A DNA stretch of 248,000 bases. Origin: Octopus vulgaris. Lineage: Eukaryota. Shown in pieces: positions 156,364-172,031 of this stretch. Position 1 is the stretch's first letter, and each line of letters starts with the position of its first letter. Location: contig OX597822.1 in assembly GCA_951406725.2 (NCBI GenBank), forward strand, positions 43,420,001 through 43,668,000, given 5' to 3'. The notes under the pieces were generated by a model. The model had not been told where the DNA came from. It saw only the letters and a program-made list of their open reading frames with translations, and did not search any database. The translations under genes were made by a program, and so were the position numbers.

Positions 156364-158770
156364 TTGTGTGTCTGTGTTTGTCCCCCCAACATCGCTTGAC
156401 AACCGATGCTGGTGTGTTTACGTCCCCGTTACTTAGAGGTTCGGCAAGAGAACCGATAGAATAAGTACTAGGGTTACAAAGAATAAGTCCTGGGGACTAT
156501 TTGCTCGACTAAAGGCGCTGTTCCATCATGGCCGCAGTCAAATGACTGAAACAAATATAAGAATAATTAGCTGATCCTCCTCTATTTTTTTTTGCCCAAA
156601 GTCAGCAACTTTTCAGCCTCCTCTCGTATATACAACGGGTTTCCATGCAGTTTCTGTGTACCGAATTTAATCGAAGCATTGCTTGGTCCGGGGCCATAGC
156701 CATAGACATGTACCCATGCTGAAGCACTGTGAGTTTCTACATGAAACCATGTATTAACATACTGAACCTCTTAATCACACAACCATGATTTCCACTGTTA
156801 GTTTGAATCAGCATCAAGTGTTGTGTTACTATGTATTCTTGACTGTGCGTGTCGTTATATATGTATACGTGTGTGTGTATATATATATATACACGCATAT
156901 ATCTATATATGTGTGTGTATATATGTATACGCGGGGGTGCTGAAGAGTTCCTTGCGTTGGGTAAAAGAAAACACGGGAGGGTCAGTTAATTGTAAACTTT
157001 ATTCAAAATATTTCTTACTCAGATTAACACACTTATTGCAGCGGTCTTTCAGAATTTCGAAGCCCTTTAAAAAGAGCTCGGAACGTCGGTCCTCTAACCA
157101 GGCCTTTCGCGACGCCCTTAAAGCCAGAAACTTTTCAGTACTCCATCGTATATATATATGTTCTATCGTACTTTTGCCGGTGTTGAATACATCTGGAAGT
157201 ACTTGTATACTAAATACATCCAGATGTCGAATGACAGTAGTTATAAGTTTAGTCCTTAAAGATAAAACCATTTTGCGTAACGTATATTTCCGCAAGCAGA
157301 TTTATAATCCCAGTCTGTCTGTCTGTCTGTCTGTCTATCTGTCTGTCAGTGAATATCTTTTCGCCTGCTGTCAGATTACATATTTGTTCTCTACTTCCTC
157401 AGTATTCTAGAAATTAGCAAACACTCTTCGTCTATCTGCCTATCTCTCATACATCCATCCATCCATCTTTCTCCCCCCTCTCTCTCTCTCTCTATATCTA
157501 TCTATCAGTCTATTTGTCTGTCTGTTTAACTGTTTGTCTGCCTGTATGGATGTGCACATGGGCGTGTCTGCATATGTTAATGAGTATATATATATATACG
157601 CGCACACATACGTAACTTCACGTCCACTCCTACATAGAGGCAACTAAGTGTTGATGTATTTACATATAAGTAAACTATGTAAATATGCATACACACACAC
157701 ATACACACACACACGCTTATAAAAATGCACCCACACACGAACAGACATATACACAGAATCCGACAGTGAAACACATACACACACACACACACACATACAA
157801 ACAAACAAACTAATATATAGAAATATTGCATTGTCAAAGAATGATGACGGTTGAACGGTCCGTTGCCCGGTGCGATGTGTTGTAGTGTGATTTAATACGT
157901 TACAAAGTGACGCTTCATTCAGTCGGCCATTTGTCAATTTTACCCCACCAACGCCACACGTATATTCAGCATTCAGTCCGTCTTTTGATGTTTCAAAAAC
158001 CACTCAAAACCCCTTCCCGCATCATCCCATCCCAACCTCACATGATGAACCTAACCTTGTCGCCCTCGAACCAGCCCATAACGTATATATGTTTGAATAA
158101 ATCTAATCGGTTTATACATGAGATACAATATGTAAATATGCACTCCATCCCCGTACATAGCCATCTTCATTGAAAATCACTCTGACGTTTGGAAATACTC
158201 TATTTATTTAAAATTGAAGACTTGCATATGACTGTATCTGTGTGTATGTTTGTGCGAGTGTTTGTGTGTGTGAGTGCGTGTGCGATGTTTCCTGTGTATA
158301 TGTGACGTGTGTGGTGAGGCTAGCGTGTGTGTATACAGACAAATTAAATGCACACACACATGTGTATAAGTGTGAAATATTGATGCACATATATCATATG
158401 AATATAAAGATTTGTATATATATATATGTGTGTGTGTGTATGTTTGTACATATATATATATATATATACATATATAGGTAAATAATAGAGCATATGTATG
158501 TATATATATATATATATATACATATAATAGATGCATATGTATATATATATATATATATTTACATGTACATTTATATGAATATATGTATACACTTATATAC
158601 ACAGATGCATGTATTCATTGCATATAAAAATACAAACACACAAAGACACACACATATATGTAATCCACAAACATATAAATCCATATATACATACTTTATG
158701 TCATATATATATACATATATATATGAATATATATATATACATATATATACATATATATATATATATACAT

Positions 158771-158801
<31 letters not shown>

Positions 158802-158802
158802 C

Positions 158803-158834
<32 letters not shown>

Positions 158835-159493
158835 ATATGTGAATATACGTATGTATATATTTGTTTATTTTTCAATGTGTGTTTCTGTGTGTAAGTGTAT
158901 GTATACATATACATTTATGTCTATGTGTGCACAAGTGCGTATATGTATGAATGGGTTTGTTTGAATGTATACATATGTGAAAAAATATATAGACCATGCG
159001 TGTGTGCATGTGTATGTGTGTGTATGTGAGAGAGAGAGAGAGAGAGAGAGAGAGTGAGTGGAAGCGAGAGCGGGAGAGCATATGTTCCCATCGGCATAGC
159101 TATATCCTACAGTATCACATTCCATATCAGAGCTTTGCTATTATCTAGTCCCACAATTAAAGAGAGGAATAGATTCCCAGTATGACATTAATAGCGAAAT
159201 AATCTAATTTATTGTTAAAAATTTCTTTATAATTAGTTACATCGCAAATGCTAATTGTCATTATTTAGTACGTGGTTGGGTATATGAGTGGTTTTAAAAT
159301 CTACGTTTGAAGGTGTGTCCATATGAATGATCGTTTGATAATTGTAGTGTGAAATGAAAAGATGCATCGATATGTTATATTTCGGGGTAGGTGTTGGAAA
159401 ACCGTGTAGGAAATACTTGCTATTTCATTTTAAAAATCGGAGAAGATGAAAAGTTATATTCAAATATATACAGGAATATATATATCTATGCAG

Positions 159494-159528
<35 letters not shown>

Positions 159529-159792
159529 ACATTATATATATTTCATCTAAAAACGACAGAAACATAATAAAAACTGTGACTCAAAAGTTTCATGTTCTCG
159601 TTCGTCGGACAGTTTTGTATAGAATTTTAGGATTCTAACCAAATCTGTCCGACGAACGGGAACGCGAATCTCTGAGTAACAGTTTTTGTGATATTTCTAC
159701 TACTTTTCAATAAAGCATATTACTCTACCTCTGGTATTCGAGTACTATTTTTTCCACATTGTTTCGCATTTATGTGCTTACCCAAGTGTATC

Positions 159793-159837
<45 letters not shown>

Positions 159838-160417
159838 GTGTGCGCGTTGATGAGAATAATGAATGCGCGAAGCGTCAGGCTACACTCAAGAGGTTGTGAG
159901 TTCAATTTCCAAACTGGGCTGAGTGTTCTTGAGCAAGACACTTCATGTCACGTTGTTCCATTTCATTCAGCTGTAGAACTGAGTTGCGACGTGACTGGTG
160001 CCAAACTGTATCGGCCCCTTTGCCTTTCCCTTGGACATCATTAGTGATGTAGACAGGGGGAGGCTGTTATGCATGGGAGACCGCTGGGCTTTTACAAACA
160101 ACCTTGCACAGATTTGCGTTTACGAGATAAACTGTCTGGGTTTCAATCCCATCGTACTTCGTGATGGAAAGGTGTCTTAAAAGGTATGAAGAGTAACGTC
160201 TGTTTTTTACGTTATAGTTATAGTAAAAATAGTTTGACATTAAACTGAAGATTTACCATTATTTTTTGTTGAAAACATATCTATGAAACATCTACATGAA
160301 GAGTGGTGGCACTGACTTCAAACATTTTGGCATGCTAACCCTCGATGGATAGATTGCCGAAGGCTAGTAGGCTTAATATTTGGAGTTACTGTCTCCACTA
160401 TTCTTGTAAAAGAATAA

Positions 160418-160515
<98 letters not shown>

Positions 160516-163500
160516 CGGGCCCTAAGGTCCATGTTTGGCGGACAGTTTAACATTTATTTCGCTCCCTGTCTGCCGAGGATGGGCGGTAGTGGCACCGCGG
160601 TACTTTTTCACAAGAGCCTGGATCTCGAAGTCAAGACGATATTCGTAGACCCGGAGGGTAGACTGGTCGTTCTGGATGTTGACGGCAGCAATGGGTGCGC
160701 TTTTCGACTCGTATCAGTCTACGCACCGCCCTTAACAGGTCGGGCGGATTTCTTTCGACGTCTAGAAGTATTCTTGGGAACGTCTCGTCCTTTACTCTTA
160801 GTGGGGGATTGGAATGCTACCTTGGACACGCATGTAGACTACGTGGGTAGAGACAGAAACAGAAGGGGATGCAAATGCCTCAGAGACCTGCTCAGACGAT
160901 TCCAACTGTCTGACAGGTACCGACTCGACCACCCAAATGCACCAACGTGGACATGGAGCAACCGCAGTGGGTCGTCGAGATCGTATCTAGATAGGATACT
161001 GTGTAGGACAGTAGACAAGGATAACTTAGGATGTCCACAATTCCACACAGTCAGCTACACGGATCACAAATTGGTGACGTGTACGCTAGACTTAGATAAG
161101 GCACATAGACAGGGTCCTGGGTACTGGAAACTGAACGCATCATTCCCGTCCAGACAAGTTTTCAGAGACCGGATTAGCACACTAGTAAAGAGGGCTTTGA
161201 CGGGAGCCATCATCAACAACAAATGGTGGTTTGCCCTCAAGAGAGCAGTAAAAGCAGAAGCGATTAGGTACAGCAAAGCACTAGCCATAGATAGAAATAG
161301 AGTAGAGGGTGAGCTAGTTAAGAAGCTAGAAGAGGCAATTAGAAGCGGCATCGCATCCGACGTTTTGGCGGCGAGGTTGGCCCTCGACCAACACTTCAAC
161401 GCCAAACACGAAGGATGTGCTGTCAGAGCTAGGATGCGTGCTCTAAGGAACGAAGGTGTTGGAGCCGCGAGAGAGGCCCGGGTGGCAGAGGCGCAACAGG
161501 GCAACAAAGCCACCATTCGGTCACTGGTAGATGAACAGGGGCGCGAATTGCTCGAGCCAAGTAAAATGTGTGAGGCCTTTCAGCAGCATTTTGCCCGACT
161601 GTTCGGGACGAGTGAAGGGCAAGAACGTAGGGTGGACTTCAGTGCCTACCTACATAGCCTGCCACGACTCTCGACAAGAAAGCAGGGTGCTGCGAAGGTG
161701 CCATCACGGCGGCGGGAGTGCGGGAAGCGATAGCAGAATGCTCGAGGGACAAATCACCGGGATTGGATGGTCTACCCTACGAGTTTTACAATTGTATGCC
161801 AGACTTGTTTGGAGACGTCTTGGCAGCGGTATACTGCAACTGGCAGCAAAACGGGAGCATACCCGGTTTTGTGAGTCGAGGAGCTGTAACTCTGCTGAAG
161901 AAAGATCCAAACAAGGGAAACATTATAGATAACTTTAGACCAATCACGCTGCTCAATGCAGACCTGAAAATTTTGACAAAGGTGTTAGCCAAGAGGTTGG
162001 CGCTTGTCATCAAGAAACTGGTCGACAACGCACAAACGTGCGCCGTGCCGGGCCGGAGCATCCATGACAACCTCCATCTGATGCGCTACATCATAGACAG
162101 GGTAGTTAACGAACCTGGCATGGGTGGGGCCCTGATCAACTTGGATCAATCGAAAGCCTTTGATAGGGTAGACCATCGATACTTGGAGGCAGTCCTGAGG
162201 GCGGCTGGTTTCGGTCCCGTCTTCCGCGGCTGGATAGCTGCCATGTACAGAGGCATCCGTTCGGTAATTCGCGTAAATGGACATCTATCGAGACCTTTCG
162301 ACATTGCACGTTCGGTCCGTCAGGGATGCCCCCTCTCGGCGCTTCTATACGTATTGACTCTTGAGCCACTACTGCGGAAGCTGGCGACTCTAAGGGGCAT
162401 CCCGCGAGAATTGGGATGCGGGACGAGCGTGTCTGCATACGCGGACGACGTCACCGTCATAGTGTCAAGCCACGAGCACATCGAGCGGGTCGGCGAGACA
162501 CTGAAAGACTACGAAGCGGTGACAGGAGCAAAAATCAACCGGGAAAAGACAGTGGGCTTGCGGCTCGGCACCTGGAGAAGCAAGCCCATGCCGTCCACCA
162601 GTACCTCCGTCGTGGGACGCTGGACAGACGGCCCGGTTGAGTTGCTCGGGGTCTGGTTCGGTCCGGACCTCCAAATGGAGAAGAACTGGAACGAGATAAC
162701 GAGTAGGGTGGTCACTCTCGCCCAGCAATGGGCCGAGAGGAAACTGTCCCTAAAAGGTCGGGCGGAGGTGGTGAACGCGTACATCGCGTCCATCATCTAC
162801 TACCGCCTGACCGTCGTACCTTGTCCCGACCCTACCATCACCAAACTAGAACGCATCCTCTTCCGCTTCTTGTGGAAAGGATGCGTCCCGATGGTCAGGC
162901 GATCCATTTGCTGTCAACACCCGTTAAAAGGAGGGCTGGGCATGCCGTGGTTGATGATGCGCAGACACGCGCTGAGACTGCGACATCTCCGGCTCTATGT
163001 AGACGACGGTGAACAGGTGTGGTCGCCGTTTGTGAGGCACGCATTCCCGCAACTCGTCTCCATGACCGAACTACAGTCGTGGATCAAAAAGAGGCCGAGG
163101 AAGGGCGAATGGCACCGCGAGTGTCGCGTTGCTCTCAAGCAACTCTGCCGTCCCGGGTCGACCTTGAGTGACTTCAACACAACCAAAGCATTCTATAGGG
163201 GATTAGTGGATGGGAGGTACGACGACGAGCTCGGAGCAAACCTGGGCGCCGACGAGGAATACCTGACCCGCCTGTTTCAAACGACTTTCGGCCCGGGACC
163301 TATGGACAACTTCCAGAGATCCCTGGCCTGGCGGTGCTACCGAGAAGCGCTACCCGTTCGGGATAAGCTCTACAGGCATGACTCAAGAAACACGGGGCCG
163401 ACCTGCCCGAGATGCGGGCAGAGCGACGAAACCGCTCTGCACGCAATCGTGCAGTGTCCAGCAATTTCCCACCTGTGGGCTTATGTCGAACGACTGCTGT

Positions 163501-164171
163501 CACGTGTGGGACGTGTCGGTTTATCAGCCGAGTCTATCGTTAATATCGTCACGCCTCCTTCCTTCAAACGGGAAGGAAGAGCTATTTTTATCATACTTGT
163601 GGCTATGGCGAAAGAATGTATCTGGTGGACGCGCCTGAAAGGATTAGAGACAAACACTTTCCTCTCTGGTCAATCTCTCATCAACTTCTTCAAGTATCAC
163701 TTGAAGAGGAAAGTGAGTAGAGAGGCAAGTTTTGTCTAGTGAATGTTTTAAAAAAAGATGGGTGAATGTAGCAAGGATGGCACGTATGAATGACGAAGCC
163801 ACCTTGACTATGATTCTATGAACCATAAAAATTAATACAGAGAGTTGCTTATTTGCAAAAAAAAAAAAAAAAAAAAGAAATATAACATGTGACTTCATTG
163901 ACCGAGGTTACCGTGGTCTTTTCCGTAGGCTTTTCTTTCCACGGGTAAACCTCACCTGTCCTCCCCTTTACACTTCATATTGACATTTCTGTGATAACGA
164001 TCCCTATTATTCATTTTTTTTCTCCCCCCCTTTTTTTTGTCCTTTTTTCTTTCCTTTTACGATCCCTTTTGATCGAAAACCACCACTCTCTTTTTTTTAC
164101 CCCCAAAAGAAAAGCTCTACCTTGTAATTTGTTCTATCTGTGTGCAGCCCTGTGTGGCTAATAAAGAAACA
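160516..164171 (+). mobile_element. Young Tx1 LINE, truncated within the endonuclease, both ends in (ATCT)n
   Basis: ORF2 nearly intact (one frameshift ~161700, one near the C-terminus). Confidence 0.95.
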
Positions 164172-164597
164172 TATCTATCTATCTATCTATCTAACTATGT
164201 CTGTGTGTAATGTGTGTGTGTGTGTGTGTATATATACAGGCTTAACTAGATACATGTATATGTCGGTATGTGTGTGTATGTATATGCACACATGTACGTA
164301 CAAAAACACATACACACACAACGCATACACGCACTGTGAAACAGAGAAGCGTCTTGAATGTCGACGGCTCTGTATCCGAAATGTCATGAATGCATTCTCG
164401 GTTCGCACGGCAATCAAATTCAATGATACTTATAAACATTCTTGTATGTTGTTTAAAGTTGTCCATGGAAGTTAGAAACATTAGATGTGCGTAGACCGAA
164501 AGGCCGAGAATAAGAGACGGACAGAGAGAAGAACAGGAAGGGTTAGAGAGATACATAGAAAGAAAGAAATCCACACGCACACACACAGGTATTTTCA

Positions 164598-164643
<46 letters not shown>

Positions 164644-165142
164644 TAAATTGTAAGTTGAATGAGATAAAAGAAGGGGAAATCACGATATGAGAACCTTGTT
164701 GTTGAGTGTTTGAAACATTAGAAATTCAAACAGATTATTCGAGAATGTTCGAAAGTAATCGAATTCCAACTTCTCTACTTGAGATCTTTAGAAAGTTTGG
164801 CCCAAACACTGCGCCGTGTACTCATTCTCCATTTCTTTCTCGTTCCGTGAAAGTTGTTGCCAAGGTGCCAAGGTAAGAAGTGTTTGTTTGCAAACGAGAT
164901 GTTAAGAGGTCGCACAAGTTCTAATTACATCCGCAAACTTCTGCACTACTTTGGCTATACTTCACTTGACGGACACAGGAGGCCAACGAACTGTTTTGCG
165001 AGGTTGTCCTCTTGCTTCTGTGTGACTATGTGTAAGTATCTATGCGTGTATATGTGAAAGCGCGAGACAGAGTCTTCATATGTGAGTTTGTATGTCCGTA
165101 TATAATATGTGTGTGTATGCATGTATTTATGTATGTAATCAA

Positions 165143-165277
<135 letters not shown>

Positions 165278-165587
165278 AACCTGTCTGTTGTGTCTGTCTC
165301 TCTTTGCAACAGTCTGTTTATCCGTCTATCTCTTTGTCTGCCTGTCTATCTCGCTATCACTCTCTCTATATATATATGTATATAATATATATACATATAT
165401 TTTTGGCTGTGGTTGCGCGCGCGTATGGTGTTCATGCGCATGTGTGACTATGTGTATGACTTCTTGAAATATTAATTTGTGTCGAAAGAACGGAGAAGAC
165501 TTAATTCAGTACATGCTCTATTCCTTTTTAGTAATTCATGATTCAAACCAATGTGATCATGAGGATAATATATATAAGTATATATAT

Positions 165588-165627
<40 letters not shown>

Positions 165628-165694
165628 CTTGGAAATGGATGTGCGGCGTTCAATTAGATAATAATAAAATAAAAATAATATATGTATATGCATG

Positions 165695-165770
<76 letters not shown>

Positions 165771-165893
165771 CATGGGTACAGGACATCAACAACAGTAAAC
165801 AGCAAGAACTATGAAAAAAAAATGAATTAAATACGCAAACAACGAGAGTGAAATTGGAAAACAGGAGAGTATTAACATACGAGGAAACCATCA

Positions 165894-165941
<48 letters not shown>

Positions 165942-166139
165942 TGTATATGCTTGTGTATCTCTGTTTGTCTTGACAACCGATAGTGGTGTGTTTACGTCCC
166001 CTTAACATAGCGGTTCGGGGCAAAAGGAACCAATAGAATAAGTACTAGGCTTACGATGAATAAGTCCTGGGGTCGATTTGCCCGACTAAAGGTGGTGTTC
166101 CAGCATGGCCGCAGTCAAGAGACTGAAACAAGTAAAAGA

Positions 166140-166745
166140 ATAAAAGAATACAATAAGACACCTACTCTAAAAACACTAACTTATGTACTCACATACAACC
166201 CCAGAAACAAAGAAACATTTAACATCTTTGCCCCAAATCTCCCAATACTCCATAAGGACCCGACGCTGAAGGCTATTTTACATACGCATAATACTATTAA
166301 AAGCAGTAGACAACCAAATACATTTGAGATCCTCACGAATGCTAAATTATTCTCAAGAATAACAGATGCAACAGTAAAACAATGTGGTCGACCTAACTGC
166401 GGAACAATCTTCTGGAAGGGCAAACATTCAAATTAAATCCAACTTCACTTGCGCCTCTGAAAACCTCCTTTATGTAATAAGATGCTCGGGCTGCTATAAA
166501 ACCTACACAGGTTCTACAAGAATGTCTATCCGACGAAGATGTAATGCTCACAGGCAACAGATATCTTCTCCACTATATGGCCAGATATATCTCAGTGAAC
166601 ACATTGACAGATGTGCAGAACAACTTCAACTACAATTCCTTATCTTCCTGTTATATCAGTTTGCTATTTGGACCTCAACTCAAGTGCGACTAAATAAAGA
166701 GACCTCGCTTATCAAAAAATATAAGCCAGATTGAAATATATTTAC
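166140..166745 (+). mobile_element. PLE linker + GIY-YIG remnant
   Basis: YVLTYNP, CGRPNCG, SNFTCASENLLYVIRCSGCYKTYTGST, RLNKETSLIKKYKP. Confidence 0.85.
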
Positions 166746-167098
166746 GAGTAAATATTTATCACGTGTATTGGATATAATATCGATATAAGCCAGACTCAAA
166801 TACAAATCAATATTAAAAATTTCAGATTAACCTCCCCTTCACTGAAAAATACCTTGTTTACCAATTATCCCTCCTAGCAAACCAAATCTCTAACTCCGAA
166901 TTGTATTCAACACTCAAACTTTGAAAAGCAATAGCGAAACCTGTTATTATGTTAGAAGAGAAAAGTCTTATTTTGTATAATATTGTATAATACTTTTGCT
167001 TTGATGATTCTTTAGTCTTGTAGAACAAATGTTTTTTTTCATTTTTTCTTTCTTTGAATATTCAACCACGTTGAATTAATAACCATCCTTTCTATCTC

Positions 167099-167159
<61 letters not shown>

Positions 167160-167989
167160 GTCAATGGACGCAAATTAATAGTTAGGTAGCAAGTGCTCAG
167201 ATAGGTTTGTCATTAAAACTACGGCCTAGACTTCAGCTGAAAGTGTGATGTTGTGGCTGCCTATCAGAGGTGGCTAGAAGGGTTTCTTCCTTGAGCAGAT
167301 TGACATAGATTAAATTATAAACAAACAACAACAAAAACTCCATTGGGTATCACTTGAAATGAACATTTGATTTAGATAGAGAATATAAACAGAGAGTCAT
167401 GTACGGCTCTTTCTGCATCATCCAAGTATATGTATCACCCTATTGAGAAATAATTTTTTTAAGCTGCGTACACCGTCATCAAGGAAGGAGAAGCCAGGGA
167501 GATGTAAAACTACGGGAATATCCCCAATCGCGGCTATTCGTATATTCCAGTTCATTAAGAATGAAGGAAGGATCAGAATAAGATAGGTACGCGTTCGGTG
167601 GTTCCATGATGAAAGAAATAACACAATTATAGGTAATGTTCGCTAGAAGTTACAAACGAGAATGTTCGGTGGTAATCCATGGCAAGGACATGTGAAAGTT
167701 TCCAGTTCCAGTTTTAAATAGAGAATGAAGGTTGAATAGAAATATTATGCTACAGTATGAAGGAGAAGGTCACAATAAGATGCGGTAGAGTAGCTATGCA
167801 CTAGTCAGTATAGAAGGAGTATGTATGTCGAGAGAGGTTAGGGGATATATGCATACAGACAGATAGATAAAGGGATGAATCATACCAGATATAAGCTGTC
167901 CTCCATTTAAGTGATCTCCAATGTTGGTCTGAGCCGGCAAAACTGGAAAGGGAGAGGTTGTGATGGTAATAAGGCGGTTGTAAAAGATA

Positions 167990-168360
167990 ATGAAGATCAA
168001 AAGCTAAATATCAAAGGGCAAAGAAGATCAAAAGCTAAAGATCAAAGGCTAAAGAGACTGAAGATCAAAAGAGAAGATCAAAAGTTAAAGATTAAAAGTT
168101 AAGGATACTGACGATCAAAAGCGAAAGAAGATCAAAAGCTAAAGATCAAAAGTTAAAGATCAAAAGCTAAAGATCAAAAGCTAAAGATCGAAAGTTAAAG
168201 ATCAAAAGTTAAGAATTCTGACGATCAAAAGCGAAAGAAGATCAAAAGCTAAAGATCAAAAGTTAAAGATTAAAAGTTAAAGATTAAAAGTTAAGGATGC
168301 TGACGATCAAAAGCGAAAGAAGATGAACTGCTAAAGATACTGAAGATCGAAAGTTAAAGG
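167990..168360. repeat. Degenerate 13-14-bp tandem repeat
   Basis: aagatcaaaagct/ttaa reiterated about 25 times with a higher-order period. Confidence 0.85.
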
Positions 168361-168875
168361 AGGCCTGATACTAATAGAAGTGAGTGGAGGCTTAAGGCTC
168401 GCCTGTATAAGTGGTGTTTCAAATACATTCTCATAATATGGATCTCAAACTTTGACAAAAGTGCAAGTTAGGGGGCAAGTCGATTCCATAGACTCCAGGG
168501 CTCAACTGGTACTTATTATATCGATCCCGAGAGGATGAAAGGCAAAGTTGACCTCGGCAGCATTTGAACTCAGAACGTAACAGCGGACGAAATGCAGCAA
168601 AGAATTTTGCCCGGTGTGCTAACGATTCTGCCAGCTCACCGCCTTATAAGAGCCTATAATGTTAATTAAAAGCAAAACCAGTAGAGTGTGGATTCATTGG
168701 CAACAGAGGGATGAAAAGAAAAAATTCAAACTGACAAATAAAGAATAAGACGAAAATAAACATAAACACACGCACATATATTTGTTCGTCACTCGTTTAT
168801 TACTGTCCTTGTGCGTATGTGTGTGTGTATGCCTGTGTTTATGGATGTATGTAATCATATCTATCTATCTGTCTG

Positions 168876-168935
<60 letters not shown>

Positions 168936-168996
168936 CCATCTATCTATCTGTCTGTCTGTCTGTCTGTCTATCTCTCTATCTATCTATTTATCTATC

Positions 168997-169069
<73 letters not shown>

Positions 169070-170124
169070 TTGTCGGCCTATCTGTCTGTCTTTGTAACAG
169101 TCTGTTTGTCCGTCTATTTGTTTGCCTGTCTTCTATCTAGCTATCTCTCTCTCTATACATATATCTTTGGCTGTGTTTGTGTGTGTGCGTGTGGTGCATA
169201 TCCATTGGAGTAAGTGAAGCAAGAGCAGACACGAAAACGAAAAGTGTCGCTGAAGAGGTCACAGAGGTGTGACGAAAGACTTCCGGACAATGGAAATGAG
169301 TTAAAACAATAAAATAAGAACAGCAATATACGAATGAAAAACAAAAGGGTCATCCCAAAATAGAACAATATCTGTTTTAACACACGTTTTCACATCAGGA
169401 ATCTTGCAACAAAAATTGATAAATGTAAAAATCAATAAACAAATGAAGTCAGTTTATTTATTTACGGGCATATGGCGTAGTGGTTGAGAGCGCGGGCTAC
169501 TAATTCTAAGATTTCGAGTTCGATTCCAGACAGTGAACTGAGTAATAATGATATTATTAATAATAATAATAATAATAATAATTATTATTATTATTAACGT
169601 CATCGTCGTTGTTGTTAATGTTAATATTATTAGTGTTATCACAAGAGTTATTATTATAATCACTCTCATTACGATAGTTATTAGCGCTAATAATAGGACC
169701 ACTGTAACTAGTACTCTCGTAAACAAGATTGCTATGATGATTTCTGTTGCTAGGGTTAATAGTAATATCATAGTTATGATAGTTGTTGTTGTTGTTGTTG
169801 TTATTATCATTATCATCATCATCATATCTATTATTCTCCTTAGTAGTGTTTTGTTGGCGATGGCTATTAAACTTGCGCTTATTAGATGTGGCTATAATGG
169901 ATTCAATGCTCATCGCAGAACAGTAAGATAATTTGAGGATGGAACGATTGAAGAATACTCGTCTGATGGTCTCCTTACTCAATATAATGATCCACAAGCT
170001 TGGCTATGTTAGAAACAGCTGTAAGAGACAGTATATTTATACTTTCTATCTAAATTAAATGTCATTTTCAAGTGATGTACACACATTTTGCTTTTTTATT
170101 CTTGCTTTAATCTATTTATCTATC

Positions 170125-170189
<65 letters not shown>

Positions 170190-170221
170190 ATATATACATA
170201 CATATATACATACATACATAA

Positions 170222-170265
<44 letters not shown>

Positions 170266-170267
<2 letters not shown>

Positions 170268-171465
170268 CATAAGGGACTAAAGCCATCTGAATATGGCTAG
170301 GGACAGGGCAGGGTGGTGGGGGTGTTACTGTTGCATTTAGCCCCAGGCGAACATCGACGTCACCAGATAGGCCCGACACCGTCACGGTGTCCTTTAACCT
170401 GCAAAGGGAGGTAATTCCCCGATGAAGCGGAAACCACACACGGACCATGGTTTCAAGGTGTATTGCCTATCGTCGGCGTGTGGTAGGCTTCCGCTTCCTC
170501 GACGAATTCTCACTCTGCAGGATATTCATATATAGATTTTCAAGCAAAATACATTTGCTGATTTCGAAAATCTGTTCGAAAGCAATAATAATTCTCTAAA
170601 AGAGATATAGACAGTAACTGCTCGATAACATAAGGGACTAAAGCCATCTGAATATGGCTAGGGACAGGGCAGATTCAGATGGCTTTAGTCCCTTATGTTA
170701 TCGAGCAGTTACTGTCTATATCTCTTTTAGAGAATTATTATTGCTTTCGAACAGATTTTCGAAATCAGCAAATGTATTTTGCTTGAAAATCTATATATGA
170801 ATATCCTGCAGAGTGAGAATTCGTCGAGGAAGCGGAAGCCTACCACACGCCGACGATAGGCAATACACCATGAAACCATGGTCCGTGTGTGGTTTCCGCT
170901 TCATCGGGGAATTACCTCCCTTTGCAGGTTAAAGGACACCGTGACGGTGTCGGGCCTATCTGGTGACGTCGATGTTCGCCTGGGGCTAAATGCAACAGTA
171001 ACACCCCCACCACCCTGCCCTGTCCCTAGCCATATTCAGATGGCTTTAGTCCCTTATGTTATCGAGCAGTTACTGTCTATATCTCTTTTAGAGAATTATT
171101 ATTGCTTTCGAACAGATTTTCGAAATCAGCAAATGTATTTTGCTTGAAAATCTATATATGAATATCCTGCAGAGTGAGAATTCGTCGAGGAAGCAGAAGC
171201 CTACCACACGCCGACGATAGGCAATACACCTTGAAACCATGGTCCGTGTGTGGTTTCCGCTTCATCGGGGAATTACCTCCCTTTGCAGGTTAAAGGACAC
171301 CGTGACGGTGTCGGGCCTATCTGGTGACGTCGATGTTCGCCTGGGGCTAAATGCAACAGTAACACCCCTACCAACCTGCCCTGTCCCTAGCCATATTCAG
171401 ATGGCTTTAGTCCCTTATGTTATCGAGCAGTTACTGTCTATATCTCTTTTAGAGAATTATTATTG

Positions 171466-171467
<2 letters not shown>
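170266..171467. mobile_element. 361-bp unit: one inverted copy followed by ~2.2 direct tandem copies
   Basis: Identical ORF-track peptides at 170116(-), 170878(+) and 171239(+); inversion point ~170665; (TA)n flanks; typical PLE pseudo-LTR geometry. Confidence 0.85.
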
Positions 171468-171503
<36 letters not shown>

Positions 171504-171992
171504 TACTACTTTCAGTCATTAAACGCCAGGCATGCAGGGGCAAAGTGTTAAAGAATTTTAGTCGAATGAAGGGAGAGAGAGAGAAAAAAAAAAGGAAGAG
171601 AAAAGGACGTGATAGAAAGAGAGCGAGAGATAGAAAGGAAAGTGAAATGCAGATAAGCAGATAAACAGACATAGCGAGAGATAAACAGGGAAAGCAAATA
171701 TTAAGAATTTATTTTTGTCTTTCGAGCAAATGGCCTTAAAAATGTAAACGATTGACATTGACAGAAAAGGTTCGAGGAAAGAAAATAAACAGTGGGAAAC
171801 CTGTTAGGTGAAGCAGAAAGCCGAATAATGAAATACACAACACAGACAGACAGACAGACGGACATACACACACAGACAGATTTTATAGTAGGAAAGATGG
171901 CTGCATTTAGTGTATGACCGGAAGTAGCGAGGATCGTCGGTATTTACAGGTTTTGTTATTCTTCCTACTTCCTCTATTCCATGGCTATTATT

Positions 171993-172031
<39 letters not shown>

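Noticed and set aside
160345-161733. 462-aa ORF as a host-transposon fusion gene
   Set aside because: The N-terminus is chance read-through of flank and (ATCT)n into a truncated Tx1 endonuclease; no evidence of expression.
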